A DNA stretch of 64,000 nucleotides, from the NCBI RefSeq assembly GCF_009914755.1, contig NC_060934.1. One strand, 5' to 3'. The DNA is from the human T2T-CHM13v2.0 reference genome, Homo sapiens. This document shows, piece by piece, positions 28,068-45,256 of the stretch (positions are counted from its first letter, which is position 1; each line of letters begins with the position of its first letter). A program made the position numbers and the translations under genes. Under the pieces are notes generated by a model. It was given only the letters and a program-made list of their open reading frames with translations, had not been told where the DNA came from and did no database searches.

Positions 28068-28740
28068 ACGGAGAGAGAAGGAAAGAGGTATAAAAGCAGG
28101 AGGATTAATTAACTATGAGTGTGAAGTATAAGAAGTAGTTAGATCCCCAAATTTTCTCTCTAATTTCCCACCTAGTGAACGTCTCCCACTCCAACAAGCC
28201 TTCCCCTGTACACGTTTACTGTTTAAGTAAAGAGAGAAAATTTACTCCTTTGCAATGTTGAAGCTAAGATTCTCTAAATTTGGGGACCGTGGGTACAGCA
28301 AAGAGTAAGAGTGAGATACTCTATTTATTGATTGAAAGCACATCCATAATGGTAAGAAACAAGTCCCCTTCCTTGTTGGCTTTCAGAATGCTGAGTTAGA
28401 GTTCTGTCTCTAAGATTAAGGGTTGGAGGAGCTCTTTTGGGAGAATTTCAGCAGCCCAAGAGAAAATAACTACTCTTATCAAATCAAACTATGCTTAAAC
28501 ACATCAGTTAATAAGGCTTGAACAAACAGTTTCTAATCAGCTTTTTATTATCACACGCTAAAATATGAACTGGCAGCCAATAAATAGTTGACATTTGACC
28601 AAAACTTCTAGCATATGAGACAGATCAAATAACCAAGAATAGTCTCAGAGGAGAAGAGATTGATGAGGGAGAGAACACAAAATATTATTTAATTCTATAG
28701 TAATTAATTTCTTCAGATGAATACTAACAAAACAGAATAG

Positions 28741-29148
<408 letters not shown>

Positions 29149-29149
29149 C

Positions 29150-29770
29150 TACAATAATAATTTAAAACAGAAAATATTTAAAAATCCATTGAAATTCAGA
29201 CAATTCAGTTGGGGAAATTTCCCCAAAAGGAGAACAAAAAGATAGATATAAGTCAATAAAACAGAAATATAAGTTACTGGAGGATTAGATCAAGAGATTC
29301 ACTATCCAGCTAACATAAGTAAATACATAGAAAATGGAAAGTGGAAATGATGGACAAGAGATTAACAAAAAAATTAGAAAAATTTTTAGTATCACAAGAC
29401 ATGAGTTTTCAGCTTTAAGAATAATTAGCTTCATTAGTCATTCCACAATGTATATACATTTCAACCATAATGTTGAACATGAAAAAATAAGATATATGTA
29501 TATATAAACAAAACCAAAAATCTAATTATGAAATTTCAAAACATCATAGAGCAGACATTAAAAATTCCAGAGAGATGAAAGAGGTCAGAAATCACAATGC
29601 TGTCAGCCTTCTCGACAAAAAAACTGAAAACTAGAAGAAAATCGATAAATGTTTTTAAAATTCTCAGACGACTAAATTTACATGTAAAACCAAACTATGA
29701 ATAAAATCATTTGCATATACTGTGAATGCACCCTTTCTCAAAAACTATTCGAAGATCTACTCTACCAAGG
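29150..29770 (+). mobile_element. Ancient L1/HAL1 ORF1-like fragment, with a short L1MA 3' end near 29420-29500
   Basis: A-rich, with motifs GGAGGATTAGATCAAGAG, GACATGAGTTTTCAG and CTAGAAGAAAATCGATAAATGTTTTTAAAATTCT. TAGTCATTCCACAATGTATATACAT is L1MA 3'-like. Confidence 0.5.
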
Positions 29771-32189
29771 TAGGAACATACCTCAATTAAGAACAAGACA
29801 TGGAATGGGGAAACAGATAGTCCAACACAAGAAAGAAACATAGGATCTTAAGGTAAGAATTGATTGATTCCCAGGATAACTGCTGGGCAGCAGGCTTAGA
29901 GGGTAGTCAGCAGTAATAGAGCAGAAGGATGCAAGGTGCCAGGAGAAAGACTTCTTAGTATGTGTTACCATTTTGAGAAATGTTACAGAGTTTTAATACA
30001 AATGTAAGGCTTAAGTCATAAGAGGTCTATTGAGAACTAAGAAAAGTATAAAAGTGGGTAACCTGTATTGGCAGGATAAAAGGAACTGGAGAAGAAAAGA
30101 AATGTAATCGTACTTTGCTCAGCTATCACCAATATTAACAGAATTATAATAATGGGAACAATGATCATTAACAAGACACATGTATTATTATATTCAGAGG
30201 ACGGGAGAAGGCAATGAATGTTTGTCGAAGAGAAGGAGTAGTGAAAAAATCAATCCTCACCTTATACAGTAACCACAAAACATACATAATTTTTATTTTA
30301 CATTTTTTACAGATTTGACAGCCCCCCCATCCCCAACTCCCCTACCCTTGACTGTTTGTCCTGGGGTATGCTAAATGTGCAGGTTTATTTAGTGAAAATC
30401 AATCAAAGACACAATTCATCTGAGACATTGCATCACAGATGCACATGCAGGGACTGATGAAAATGCTTCATGCACTGTATTTATTTCAATTTTTCACAAT
30501 CTGTTGAAATATAGCTTGCTAATGAGGGACAAGCACTTTGACCATGCTGAGGTGGGTGAAACATAATAAGCATATCATGTATCATGTTGCATACATCATG
30601 CACTGTAAGGTAACATCAATAAATCACTTATTATGTATATCTGCCTGTTTCAGGCCATTGTAGCCATCCTGTGCAAAAAGTCCATACGTCAAGTGTTATT
30701 TTTAAAAAATGAGAAATAACTCTATAAAAATGTTATCTAGGAAGATCAAAAAAAAAATTGTGTGAGCTAGGAACCAGTATAGGAGTAGTATGGGGAATGA
30801 ATATTCTGTTTTACTATAAGCTTCGTAAGGACTGCTTGACTTTTAAAAAAATGTACATGTATTGCATTGAAAAAAATTAAACGAAATAAAACCAAAGCCT
30901 TTCTCTTTACCATATATAAATTATTTTGTAATTAAGTGTTAAATGTGAGCATGCTTGTGCTCACCTACTTAGAAGTTATCAAATACATGTATGTTTGATT
31001 CAATCTCATATTTCAATTCAGTATATTTTTCAAACTGGGAAACTAAGGGAGCTTGCCAAGGTAAATTACCCTAGCAAATATACATTTGACACATCACATA
31101 ATATTCTAAACACCTCTTATATCTGTTATTTTTTAAATTATGATAAACAAAATCTTATTAGTAAATTTTATTACCAACATTTTAAACCTCTCCTGATCTA
31201 GTGATCTTATTTCAGTTATATCTGACACAATTTCAATTTTAACAAAATAGTAGTACTTATCATTTACTCCCATCACAATACCTTAATAATTTCTTGTTAG
31301 TTTTAATGATTAGCTAAGCTCATGAGCATTAAATATAAATTACATTACAAGGTTCCAAAAGCAGGTAAAAATTATCAGCAACAAAAGTAAAGGCCCAAAT
31401 GGGAATTAAGCAATATCATATTTTTCCTCAAGTATAGGAGTATCTTTAATTCTCTTTAGACTTGATATAATGAGGTAAACTCTATACAAATAAAAAGTCT
31501 CTGAAGTTTCCTTTTTCTATAAAACTCACACAATATAGAATTCTCTCCAACGTATTTAAAAACACATACTTTTATAGTATGGGATAAGCACATGGCTCTT
31601 CTGAGAGTAAAAGATAATAAAATGTAAGGTATTATTTGAAAAAAAATGTGCCTAACAAAATTTTTCAAATAGACTACCATAAATGATATATATCCCCTAA
31701 AAGGAAATAATATGGTATCCAAAATTATAATAAAATAGAGGTTTATAATCTGTTGTTATAAAAAGCCTTAAATAGGCTTCACCAAGAAATGTGTACTATT
31801 CAATATGTGAAGAAGGATATATATTTAAAAGTAAATACACTAAAAGAAAAAAATACAATGTAAATTGCAAATTTCTCGGTATGTATATATCACATTTTTA
31901 TGACTCTGTATGTGAAATTAACTCAAGCCACCTACTGTATTGACTTTATTGATGGTAATTTCTTATCAACAGCATGAACAACTATGTCCATTATTCAAAA
32001 TGTCAGTGATAAGTCAAACATGGAAAAATAAGACTACTGGCCCAAATATCATTTTCTTTGGCTTTAGTTTTACTTCAAACATTGTATAGACCAATCCAGT
32101 AAATGAAAAATAAATCCTGCAGGCTTAAGAGAAAATAACACTCTTTCATGTAAATGAGAAATTTCCTTTGGAGTAGTAGACAGCAGAAT

Positions 32190-32490
32190 AAAATATTGAT
32201 AAAAGCGGGGGTTCTAGTTTGAGCAGACCTGGTTTGGGATTCCAGCTTGACAAGTCTCTACCCATGCACACTTCACCACTCTTATTTCTCATGGCCTAGT
32301 GCTATAATTCTGAACTATATGGACAATAATAGTAACCTGCTGAACTCTGCTGTGTCTGTTGAACAATTGAACAATAGCAATGGGGCTATTTTATATAGTG
32401 TTTGGAGTAACAAATTAAGCATTTTATGAAAAGCACTTATAACCTAGTGCCTGTCCCTATAGCATAGTGGAGCTAAGTATATGTCAGTAA
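32190..32490 (+). mobile_element. MIR
   Basis: CAGACCTGGTTTGGGATTCCAGCT...TGAAAAGCACTTATAACCTAGTGCCTG. Confidence 0.6.
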
Positions 32491-32859
32491 TCTAAATTGT
32501 ATTCAATATTGCTATATGCAAATAAAGTGTATGAGAACATTACCTTTTATTTGTCCTAAGCTCATTCTCCTTCAAAAAGATCACAGATTAAAATTTTGAT
32601 TTATTTGGAATAGAGTTATTAATTTTTTTAAATTTCCAATTAGGAGTTGCAATATTATTTGATTATTGCATAATTTATACAAAATAACATTTAGCATCTA
32701 TATACACACAGACAGTGACATACATATATTAACACAAAATCTCAGCACTCAGGCTGGTGTAATACTCTTCTTCAGAGGCTTGTTAGTGATTTATAAAGTA
32801 ACTTAAGCATATTTAAGTAATATTTACTCAGTGGATTAAGCAATACATTTTGACTCATA

Positions 32860-33330
32860 TCACATATTTATTCATGTGTTTAATACATTAACATTTATTG
32901 TGCATGCACAGGGTGCCACACATGCATTGAATATAAGGAAAATATGAAGACAGAGTTTGCAAAGAAAGCAGGGTATAAAAGGAGATTTATAGAAAGAAAT
33001 AATCGGCAGAGGTATATGGAACTTACAGAGACAGCGGACAGTGTTACTTCTGTCTAGGAGAATGGAAAGTGTCTCAGTGTGATGTCATGTTTTCAGCTAA
33101 ATCTTTACAGATAAGTAGAAAATTTTATGCTCGATTTGTTGGTGGCTGGAAGTAACTGTAATAGAAAGAGAGACTAAAATTGGAAAAATTATGGAAACCA
33201 GAAAAAGTGAACAGTATAATTGGAGAATAACTCAGCATACATATTATTACAAAGTGGCAGAAGCTGAGATTGAAGGGGTTGTTAATGGTCATACATTGAA
33301 AGGCCTTAAATGCCCAACCAGATATTTTAG
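32860..33330 (-). mobile_element. L2 fragment
   Basis: TTCATGTGTTTAATACATTAACATTTATTGTGCATGC..GGGTGCCA inverted 3' end; GAAGGCCTTAAATGCC. Confidence 0.6.
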
Positions 33331-34855
33331 AGGTGGAAAAGATAATTGCCTTTTCCTAACACTGGTGGGCTTACAAGACCCCCAAAAGAAATATATGTAG
33401 AGATACAGAGAAACAGTGTAATTTACTTAAAGAATTACATATAATTCAATATTTGTGATATATAGACAATGAGGTGAAGAATAAACTAATATACGTAGCC
33501 AGAATATAGCTTTGCATCTCTGAGAAATATGGTGTTTTAGCACATAAATGATGGTATCTTAAATAGGGTTTATTGGTCGCAAGCAACAAAAATTGAATCT
33601 GGATAATTCATCCAGAAAATAAACTTGTTGAAAGAGATTGAGAAGTTCCTAAAATTGCTAAGAAATCTGGAGAACTTTTGTTGAAGGAGAATAAAACCAA
33701 TGTAATTCTTGGGATGTGGGTCCCAGGTACTTACAAAGAGTCTTGCATACTGACTCCCGAATAATGTAAAGTTTAAGTCATTGTTCCATTTAGTTCATTA
33801 TTCAAAGTAACAGGAGTTGTTTTGAGTAAACTACCTAGCTAAGGCCACTAAGCTAATCCTTTGAGAATGCATTCTTGCTTATTATTTCATCAAATTACAC
33901 AAAATGGAGATGATCGTCTAAAACAAAATTGGCAATCTATTCCAATGAAATGAGAAATGAATGTTGATTCCAGAAATTAGCAAATTTCCATTAAGGATAG
34001 GAAATTATTGTAAGCTTTGAAACAATTAAATGGCATGATCAAATTTGTTTTTAGATGGATGGCTGTCTTGCATGGATCAAGAATAGAAAGGAAGAGTACA
34101 CAATTTCTAGGTATTCAAATTGTCAAATGAAAAGGTGATGATTTTTACCAAGACAGTGAAAAAGATACAGCTATCTTGTGACATCTTTGAAATAAATAAA
34201 TCTTAAATTACATATCAAAAATAATTTATTACTAAATTCTCGATATTTGCTTACTTTTTCTTTTTTCTGTAAAGAACAAGTAGAGGAATAAAATAATTTC
34301 TATAATAAGATTAATAATAGGAAGGGTAATTATATTTCCATTGTTTGGACAATATATTTAATTCTGTCAAAGCTGTGCCAGGTTTACAAAGAGTTTGTCA
34401 ACTTTATTTTTAACAAATGTAGTTATATAATTTGAAACAATTATATAATCCAAACCAACTTTATATTTATTTAGATGAAGGTCTATTTGACCCTATTCCA
34501 TATTGTAACACTGTCAAAATTATAGTCTGTGTTTTGTTGAATTTTAGATATGTGAAGTTTAATGAGGTAGATGTTAAACTTTTTTTAATATAAGGACTCA
34601 TATGTTATATTTAGATATCATTGGGAGTAATTTTATCATTCAATTTGTAAATACTTTTTAAACTTTATAATATTCAGTGTTAACATTCATGGAATAATAT
34701 TTTGTGGATTAACATTTAAAAAGTGAAAATTTGTTAGGGAGAAAATATGAAATAATAATTTTGGAAAAGCTTTATTCTTGTAGAAAGTTATTTTATAATA
34801 TTGCATACAGAATAATATAATGTATAATGTTTTTCAAAAAAAGTTACAAATAATC

Positions 34856-35440
34856 TGTGTTAGGCAGAATCTAAGAGGATCCCTAACATTTCCCCACTTC
34901 CTGGAACTTACATCTTTGTACATTTCCTCCTACTGAGTGTAGGCTGAACCCAATAACTTGCTTCTAATGGAATATAGCAAAAATCATGGGATATTACTTC
35001 AATATTAAGTTGCAGAAAGTTTGTAACTTCCAATTGGGATGCTCATTTTATTTCACTCTCTTATCTTCTATGATCAAAGCCAGCTGCCATGTCAGTAGAT
35101 GTCTAATGGGAAGTCCCATACATAAGGAACTGAAGACTGCCTCCACTTAGTAGCAAGAGAGGAACTGAACCACTCTGCCCAACAATCCTCAAGGAAACGG
35201 ATCCTGCCAACAATCAAGTTACATAAGCTCCAAAGCCTAGTCTGTCCCAGGTAAGCCTTCAGATAAAATAGGAGCCTCAGCTGAGATCTTGATTGTGGCC
35301 TTTTGGAATGCATTGATCTAGAGAAACTTCAGTAACCTGTGCCTGGGCATCTGAAGTAAACTATGAGATAGTAAATGTTCATTGCTTTAAACCACTATGT
35401 TTTGGGACAGTTAGTTACTTAGCAATAGGAAACTAATACA
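34856..35440 (+). mobile_element. MLT1F-like MaLR solo LTR
   Basis: TGTGTTAGGCAGAAT...AAGCCAGCTGCCATGT...GGATCCTGCCAACAA...TTTAAACCACTATGTTTTGGG...GCAATAGGAAACTAATACA. Confidence 0.85.
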
Positions 35441-36804
35441 CAGATATTTGGAGAAAATATTGTCTCATAATTTTCTTTACATTAAAATGATGTTATACTT
35501 CTGTATATTTATAGAGATAAAAATATGGTATCTATACTACTTCTATATTAACTAAAAATTGTTTTGACATGATGGAGATACAATTAAATAGTCTTGGATT
35601 ATTAAAATAAACATGCTTTTTCAATAACTTTCACGTTTCTCCTTTATATACAAAAGCTTTTGCTTTATCAATAGCTTTGCTTTTACTTTCAGTTTTGTTT
35701 AACCGTGGAAAACACTTTTCGGTGTATGTTTAACTGCAAAGTTATTTCTACCTCACAATAATTAGATGCTTTACTGCTAAACTGGTTAGTTTTTAGAGAT
35801 AAAACTTAAACTATTTTTAGATTCATAAAGCACATGAAGAATAAGAAATTATAGTAAATGCATGAGAGTTTAGACATAATATAATCAATATCTCTTTTTT
35901 GCATAGACATGTGTCATAAGGATAAGAAAAATAAAGTCAACTTCATAAAATGCACTGATTCATTTTTTTACTCAAATATTTGAGTAAACTTTACCATTTT
36001 TTTCTCCTAACAATCTACCAGATTTGTGCTTTTCTAATCTCCTCCCTAGATATGCAAATTATAAAAGCACAGTGAAGAGAGAGAAAGTGTGGTTTTGACA
36101 CCTTACTATGTTGGTTTCATGCCTTCATGAGCAATTCACCAGATGTAAAGCATTGGAATGAATAAGATAAAAGCAACATAATTATTTCCTTTATTTTCTT
36201 ATGAGAAACAATATACTATAGTGCTTTGTTTCTCAACCATTAATAAATAAGATAATGTATACTGTTATCCACAATGAGACCACCCCCAAAAATGATTGTG
36301 ACAAAATGAAAATAAAGAAGATGAACGAGTATGGATGAAGCCAATATTAAAACTTCACTAAACACAAAAGCTCAGTCTCACTCATCTTATATTACCTGAA
36401 GGCTATGTTGATAGCTATGTTGCGAAGAGGTGGGCAGGTGAGGATGGCTTCATCAGTAAGTATTTAGATGTAGTCTTTACATATACACCCTTCCCCTCTT
36501 GACACGCACACCCATTAACCCACATATACACACATCAAATTAAAATCTGAATGAAAGAGCTCTGAGTTTCAAATATTAAATCAACCAAGTGTAATAGGAT
36601 TCCACAATCTAGAACTTGTTAATAGTTGAAATCTAACTTTTCTTTGACATGAAAGTTACAGAAATATTGTGGTGTTGCTACCAAATACTCAAAAACAATG
36701 TTTTGTAAGAGCAGATCTTCATATTTAAATTAAAAATAATTAAATATTCATTTTTAATGAGTTAATATGAAAAATTTAATGAACCAATAAGTACAGATTT
36801 GTCA

Positions 36805-37074
36805 TTTTTTTTTTCTTTGAGACAGGGTCTCACTCTCACTCAGGCTGGAGTGAGTGGCACAATCATGGCTCACTGCAGCCTCAACTTCCCATGCTCAAGT
36901 GATGCTCCCACCTCAGCCTCCCAACTAATTTTTTTGGTTGGGTGGATTTCTTTTTGTAGAAATGGGGTCTCACCATGTTGCCGAGGCCATCCTCAAACTC
37001 CTGGCCTCAAGCAATCCACCTACCTCGGCCTCCCAAAGTGCTAGGATTACAGATGTGAGCCACCATGCCTAGCC
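36805..37074 (-). mobile_element. AluJ with an internal deletion
   Basis: CTGCAGCCTCAAC, GCTCAAGTGAT; CAGCCTCCC joins AACTAATT (~30 bp missing); TSD AGATTTGT(C/T)ATTT. Confidence 0.9.
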
Positions 37075-37960
37075 AAGATTTGTTATTTCTATTGAGATTT
37101 CTGATAAAACATGTATTTTGAGACAATAAAATTCTAAAATATTTGCCTAATAGAATCACACTTTTTTATTACTCATGAAGTCCACATAATTTTACCTAAT
37201 TATTACAATGAGAGTGGTAATAAACATTAGTACATCGTTCATAAATATGTCAAAAGTTTTATATATTATTTTTATTATCACAGCTGATCAAAGTATATAT
37301 TATTTTTCTAATATAGGAAAATGGTAATGCAGTAAGATTCCATAATTTTTCCAAAATTTACAAAAATAAGTTAAAAATCCATAATGAAAACCCTGCCATG
37401 TACAGCCACAAAGTCTAGGTTTGATATACCACCTCAATATAAAAGTCACGAAATCCAGTTTTAAGTCGGAAAGAAGTGAAAAAATAAGGAGTTTGGCATT
37501 TTAACCAAATTTTAAAATATATCAATTTCTGCTTTCATATTATAATAATTTAAATTAGCAACCACAGTGGAATTTAACAATTTTATACATGGGTAAGTCA
37601 AACGAGGACATGAAAGTCATTATAAAATGGATAAATTTATGTTACCAGTTAGACTCAGTCAAGTCCAAGACCCTCCTTTTTCTTTCTCTTTGCCTCATAT
37701 TTTCTCCTAGTAAAAATTTCCATTCGTAACTTAGTCCTTTGATTCGTCAACCCTAAAAAATATGGAATTATCTTCCAAGCTGTCTTTGTACTTTATAAAC
37801 CACTGATTTACACCTTAAAAATCTTTTATTTGTCTACTTTTCTTAAAGTCCATACATTCTTCCCCAGAAAGTTCTCATTCAATAGAAACTAAATTTAAGA
37901 TACCGTATTATGCTATGAGAAGAGTTCTCATTCTTCCTAGCAAATGCAAGTCTATGCTCA

Positions 37961-38441
<481 letters not shown>

Positions 38442-40515
38442 TCACCTTAGTCTACCTCCTCTTTCTTTTATTCTCTGTCCTGCTGTTTTTTTTCTTAATT
38501 TGAAAGGTAGTTATAATATTCAATAACATGCAGTGTTTCTGTTGAGTTTGAATAGCTTGATTTAAATGAAGTATCTAGCAGACGTCTTGTTGCATATTAG
38601 ATACTCAGTAAATGGTAACCATGAGTATTATAATTAAATAAGCACCTTCTTGCTCTAATTGTACTGGAAAATGCCTCTTCAAAATTATTCAATTCAGACA
38701 AATTAGAAGGAACATTAGAATAATGTCTACAGAAATATTCCCTGGGATGTGGTTGAAGGTAAACTGAGTAGAACAAGAGACCTTTCTGAAAATACATACA
38801 CTTACACCCTTCACCATCATAATACAAGTGGTTTGATTCTTAATTGCTCAGTTAATGAGGTGAGCAACAGGAAGTGTGCATTTAATGAGATATACTAATT
38901 TTCAAATATTGAGCAATTTGTGCCTTATTAAACATTAATAGAAATGCCCATATTGCTAATCAAATAAAATATCATAAAAAGAAATGAAATTCTTCCACAA
39001 ATTAAGTTACAATTCTACATTTTAAAGGCAAAATTCATTCTGTATTTTGAAATAATACTGAACATTCAAAAGTTGGCGTTTTCCTATTAAATGTACCTAG
39101 CTTTTATATGAATCAAAACTATACATATGATGGAAAATATTAGCTATAAGTGTACATCAACATTAAGAACATTATATTTATACAATTGGTAAATCATAGT
39201 GCATTACTATATGTTTTAAAATACACCACATAATTCTGATAAATAATAAAATAAAATACTAATATAATTGATTGCTGTAATAATTTAAAAATATTTGCAG
39301 AAATAGATTAGCTTGGTAGAAATGTAATATAGTATTTCTATTCAAAAGTCACGTGTACGCATCACTGGATCTTATTTTGCAACAGTACTATAAAGAATTT
39401 GGGCTTAATAACATATCAAACAGGCTAGTGTTTGATGTCATTTTAAAAAACTATAAATTTATGTATTACTTGCAAACATGCAGAATCTAACAAATCATTT
39501 TCTCAGTAATTCATTTCTTTTTAACATTAGAAAAGTTTAAAACTTTGTCAGGTAAACAATTTTTTAGATAGACTTTGAGGGATGAAATCGGCTGCACAAT
39601 GCACTATATTGGTAGAGCTTTTTATATATTTGGTTTTCTGACCGCTGGGATTTCTGTGTTGAAGAAAAAACAGCCCCTTCTTTTACTTAAAGACAGGTTA
39701 TGAGCTAATTTGTATTTCTAGCTCAGAATTCTTGGCCATTTTTACTCACTCTTCATGTGTATTTCATATATTATCTTTAAAACTAACTTTAACTCATAAA
39801 GAATACAAGAAATTCTAGAATTTGAAGTATCTTTCAGTCTTTCCATTTTACAAATGTGAAAACTGTGTTTTAATGAATTTAAATTACTTGGTCAGTCACT
39901 CATACTGTTAGTAGGAGAGATTTCAGTAGATTATCATTATTTGTGTTCATTACAATGATTTCCTTCTTAGTGCAAAGAGATCATTCTAAATTTGATGCTG
40001 TATAATTCTCTATATTCAGAAATTTGGCTGCTTACCTAAACATCAAACAGGAACTATTATTATTGCACAACTTTTAAGGGCAACCTGATTGGATGATACT
40101 TATTATGCCTTATTTTTTTCCTCTGAAATGTTATTTTGTTTTAAACCAAAAAATAGAAAACCTTGGTAGATTGAATGCATTCTGTAGATATTTAAGAAAT
40201 ATTTTCAATGTATTGGAATTCAAAAAAAAAATGGAACATAACAACACATTATATAAACTATTTTAATATTCAGGATGTACAATATTAAATTATAAATATG
40301 ATCTTTTTTCTTGATGAAAATTAAAATGACTAAAATTTAGCTTTTAGTTACCACTTTGAATACAAAAGAGACCGTACAAATTCAAGTCTTTTTATCATTT
40401 GAATTTAAATACACAACCTGCAGTGTGTTAAACTGATAAACACTTAAAAATTATATACGTGATTTTTGACCTGAAATAAGATTTAACTTAAAAATAAGCT
40501 TTAGTTTATCTATAA

Positions 40516-40841
<326 letters not shown>

Positions 40842-41090
40842 GCATTCATATTTTCTTAAGGACCATATCCAATACTGAGAAAATTAAGTGCTAATTAGTT
40901 AAGAAAATAAAACAATTTTTTGAATAAAATATATGGTTTAATGTTGAAACAATTGACCTTGAATCAACCAATGATAGCCTTTAACAAGACCACAAAAGTC
41001 TCATTTATTAAACAAAAGTGACACTTCTAAATTACTTTGGGCAGAAAATAATTTATTTTTATTTCCATTTTATTTTTAAGTTCTTGAATC

Positions 41091-42612
41091 ACTTTTTTCT
41101 CTTAATTTATATATATTTTTAATTTTTATGGGTACATAATCATTGTATGTATCTATGGAGTATATGTGATGTTTTCATACAGGTGTACAAGGTGTAATGA
41201 CCAAATTAAGGTAACTGGGGTATCTATTGCCTCAAGCATTTATCACTTCTTTGTGTTAGGAACACAAAGTACTTTCGTAAGCACAATTCCACTCTTTTAG
41301 TTATTTTAAAATATACAATGAATATTGTTAACTATTTTATTCATTCTATATATTTTTTACTTATTAACCATTTCTACTTTATTCCCCACTCCCCACTACC
41401 CTTCCTAGCCTCTGGTAGCCAACAGTTTACTCTTTATATCCATGATTTTTATTTATTCTCATTTTTTATTTTTAGCTTCCACAAATGAGTAAGAATATGT
41501 GAAATTTGTCTTTCGGCTTGTGCTTGGCTTATTTCACTTAACATAATGTCCACCAGTTCCATCCATGTTGTTGCAAATGACAGGATTTCATTATTTTTTA
41601 TAAATTAATCATATTCCAATATGTATACGTACAACATTTTCTTTATCTGTTCAACCATTGATGGACCCATAGACTGATTTCATATCTTAGTTATTGTAAA
41701 TAATGCTGCAATGAACATGGTACTGGCATAAAAGTAGGCACATAGACACTTGCAACATAATAGAGAACCCAGAAATAAATCCACACATTTAGCAGTGATC
41801 TCATTTTTGACAAGGGTACCAAGAACTTACACTGAGCAAAGGATAGTCTCTTTAATAAATGGTGCTAGCAAAACTGGATATCCACATGCAGAAGAGTGAA
41901 ACTAGACCCCTCTTGCCATATACAAAAATCATATCAAAACTGATTAAACACTTAAATCTAAGACCTTGAACTATGAAACTAGAAAAACACTGGAAAAACA
42001 TTCCAGAACATTTTTCTGGGCAAAGATTTCTTGAGTAATACCTCACAAGCACAGGCAATCAAACCAAAACAGACAAATGGGATCACATCAAGCTAAAAGC
42101 TTTTGCACAACAAAGGAAACAATCAGCAAAGTGAGGAGACAACGCCTTAGAAAAGGAAAATGTTTGCAAACCACTCATATAACAAAAGATTAATAAGCAG
42201 ACTATATAAGGAGCTCAAACTATCTAATAGGAAAAAATAAAATAATCTGACTATAAAATTGGCAAAATATCTGAATAGACATTTCTCTAAAGAAAACATA
42301 CATATAGACAAGTATATGAAAAAATATTCATATCAAAAAAATTCTAATCAGAGCAATGCAAATCAAATCTACAATGAGACATCACCTCACCCTAGTAAAA
42401 ATAGCTTTTATCCAAAAACAGGCAACAATGAAGGATGTGGAGGAAGCGGAACCCTTGTACACTGTTGATGGAAATGCAAATTAGTATACCCACTGTGAAT
42501 AACAGTGTGGAGGTTCCTCAAAAAACTAAAAATAGAACTACCATATGATCCAGAAATCTTACTACTGCATATATATTCAAAAGAAAGGAAACTGATACAT
42601 CATAGAGATATC
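41091..42612 (-). mobile_element. L1MA (MA2/MA3-like), 5'-truncated with a 5' inversion
   Basis: 3' end on the - strand (41091-41720) is joined at CATGG to a + strand ORF2 segment (41716-42612; ORF remnant LNRHFSKE...GTLVHC). Candidate TSD AAGTTCTTGAATC/AACCTCTTGAATC. Confidence 0.88.
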
Positions 42613-43326
42613 AGAACCTCTTGAATCTTTCTTCATTTAGTCAATATTACAAATTTGTATTTAATATACAAAGTAGTATGACATGTCTATACTCTATCAT
42701 TGATTCTAAATAATTTTGGAATTTCATCACCCTACTTTTATCTACTCAACAATTGTGCCCTCTACCCCAACCAACAAAATTATTGTCCATTTAAAAAACC
42801 AACAAATTAAATAATTATGCATGCTAAAATATAAACTGCTGTTATTATTTTCAGAATTGTGTTTAGTCTTGCAACATCTTGACATTGTGAAACACCTAAA
42901 AATGAAACACATAATGTATTACTAATCCTTCTTCCATGCTTAGATGATTTCTAAAGACCTATCAATACAATAGATGTAAAATAAATAGTTTTGAAAGATG
43001 TATGAGTGCATGCAGATTTCTTTTACTGTTCTGCAAAACAGTTCATAATATGTTTCTCTGTTTCTTACTGATGTTTTTATGACAGTTCACCAGAGCTCTT
43101 GCATTTTTAACATGTATCCTTATTCGCCTTATTACTATACTTTTATTTTTATTTTAAAATAAGTATGTATTCACAAAAATTGACAAAAATAATCTAGTGT
43201 TTCTTATTACCAAGCATTCTTCAAAAGTGACACATTCAAAATTATAGTGCACTCTCAAAACCAAAAAATTGATTGTTATAATGCACATCTAGAATTGAAT
43301 ATTCATTTTTATAAAAACTGTTTTAA

Positions 43327-43678
<352 letters not shown>

Positions 43679-43821
43679 TCATTTATTACTGCATGCTTAT
43701 CTATCTTCCTCATTAACCTGCAAATGTTGCTGATTTGAGCATTTATCACCATTAAAATTAAGTTATTTTGAACCACATGGTAGATTTCCCTCTCATTTTG
43801 AATTTATTTATTCTTTGTTAA

Positions 43822-44241
<420 letters not shown>

Positions 44242-44946
44242 TAACAAGAAAATAGTATTCATTAGAAACCCTAAAACTTTTCTGAGTTAGAACTTATCAC
44301 AAATAGATTCAAAACTCATAAAACGTGTTACCAGTGTTTGTCTCTGCATGAGAGTGAAGTGATAAAGATTATGTGGTTTATGTTCTTCATTGGTTTATTG
44401 AGAACACATAATAGTATTTTTGTAGATAAGCCAAGATAATCCATAATATATATGGAAGTATATAATAAAACATAGACTGCACGTGCACATAACTAGTGAG
44501 GAGGCAGAGTGATTATATGAAATTTTAATAAGTCCAACTATTAGAAAGAATGTTATTTCTTCTTAGTTTCCAACCACTGGCGTTGCTTCAGTTCAGTGTG
44601 TCAGTTCCTATGGGTAGCTGCAAGCATATATCAGCTTGAAATGATTATCTTTCTCTCTGTGCAGCCCACTTCCTGCTTGTATGTGCAAAGATATTTGAGA
44701 ATGGATCAATCCCAACTATAATACTGTGTGTACTATTTAAATTGGATATAAATAGCTAATGAGACTCTAAGTTGCCACTGCTTTGCTTGTAAATTTATAT
44801 TAGTTACAGAACTTTGAATCTGTTAAATCAGTTTTGGTTTCTACATAAGAAAATAGCCTTTTCTAAAATCAATTTAATGTGTAAATATATAGTTTTTGTG
44901 TTTGCTTTCCTTTCATTTAAATGAGAAGATAAAATCACAAACTGTC

Positions 44947-45256
44947 GGCCAGGAACAGTGGCTCATGTCTATAATCCTATTACAGCTTTTGAGGAGGCTG
45001 ACAGGCAGATCGCTTGAGCCCAGGAGTTCAAGACCAGCTAGGGCAACGTGGCAAAACCTTGTCTCTACAAAAAATACAAAAGAAAAAAAAATAGCTGGGC
45101 ATTGTGATGCATGCCTGTAGTCCCAGCTACCCTGGGGGTTGAGGTGGGCGGATCATCTGTGCCCAGGAGGTTGAGCCGTGATCCCACCACTGCACTCCAG
45201 CCTGGGCAACAGAGCGAAACTCTGTCTCAAAACAAAACAAACAAACAAACAAAAAA
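44947..45256 (+). mobile_element. AluJ (Jb-like)
   Basis: GATCGCTTGAGCCCAGGAGTTC; small right-arm deletion; (AAAC)n tail. Confidence 0.92.
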
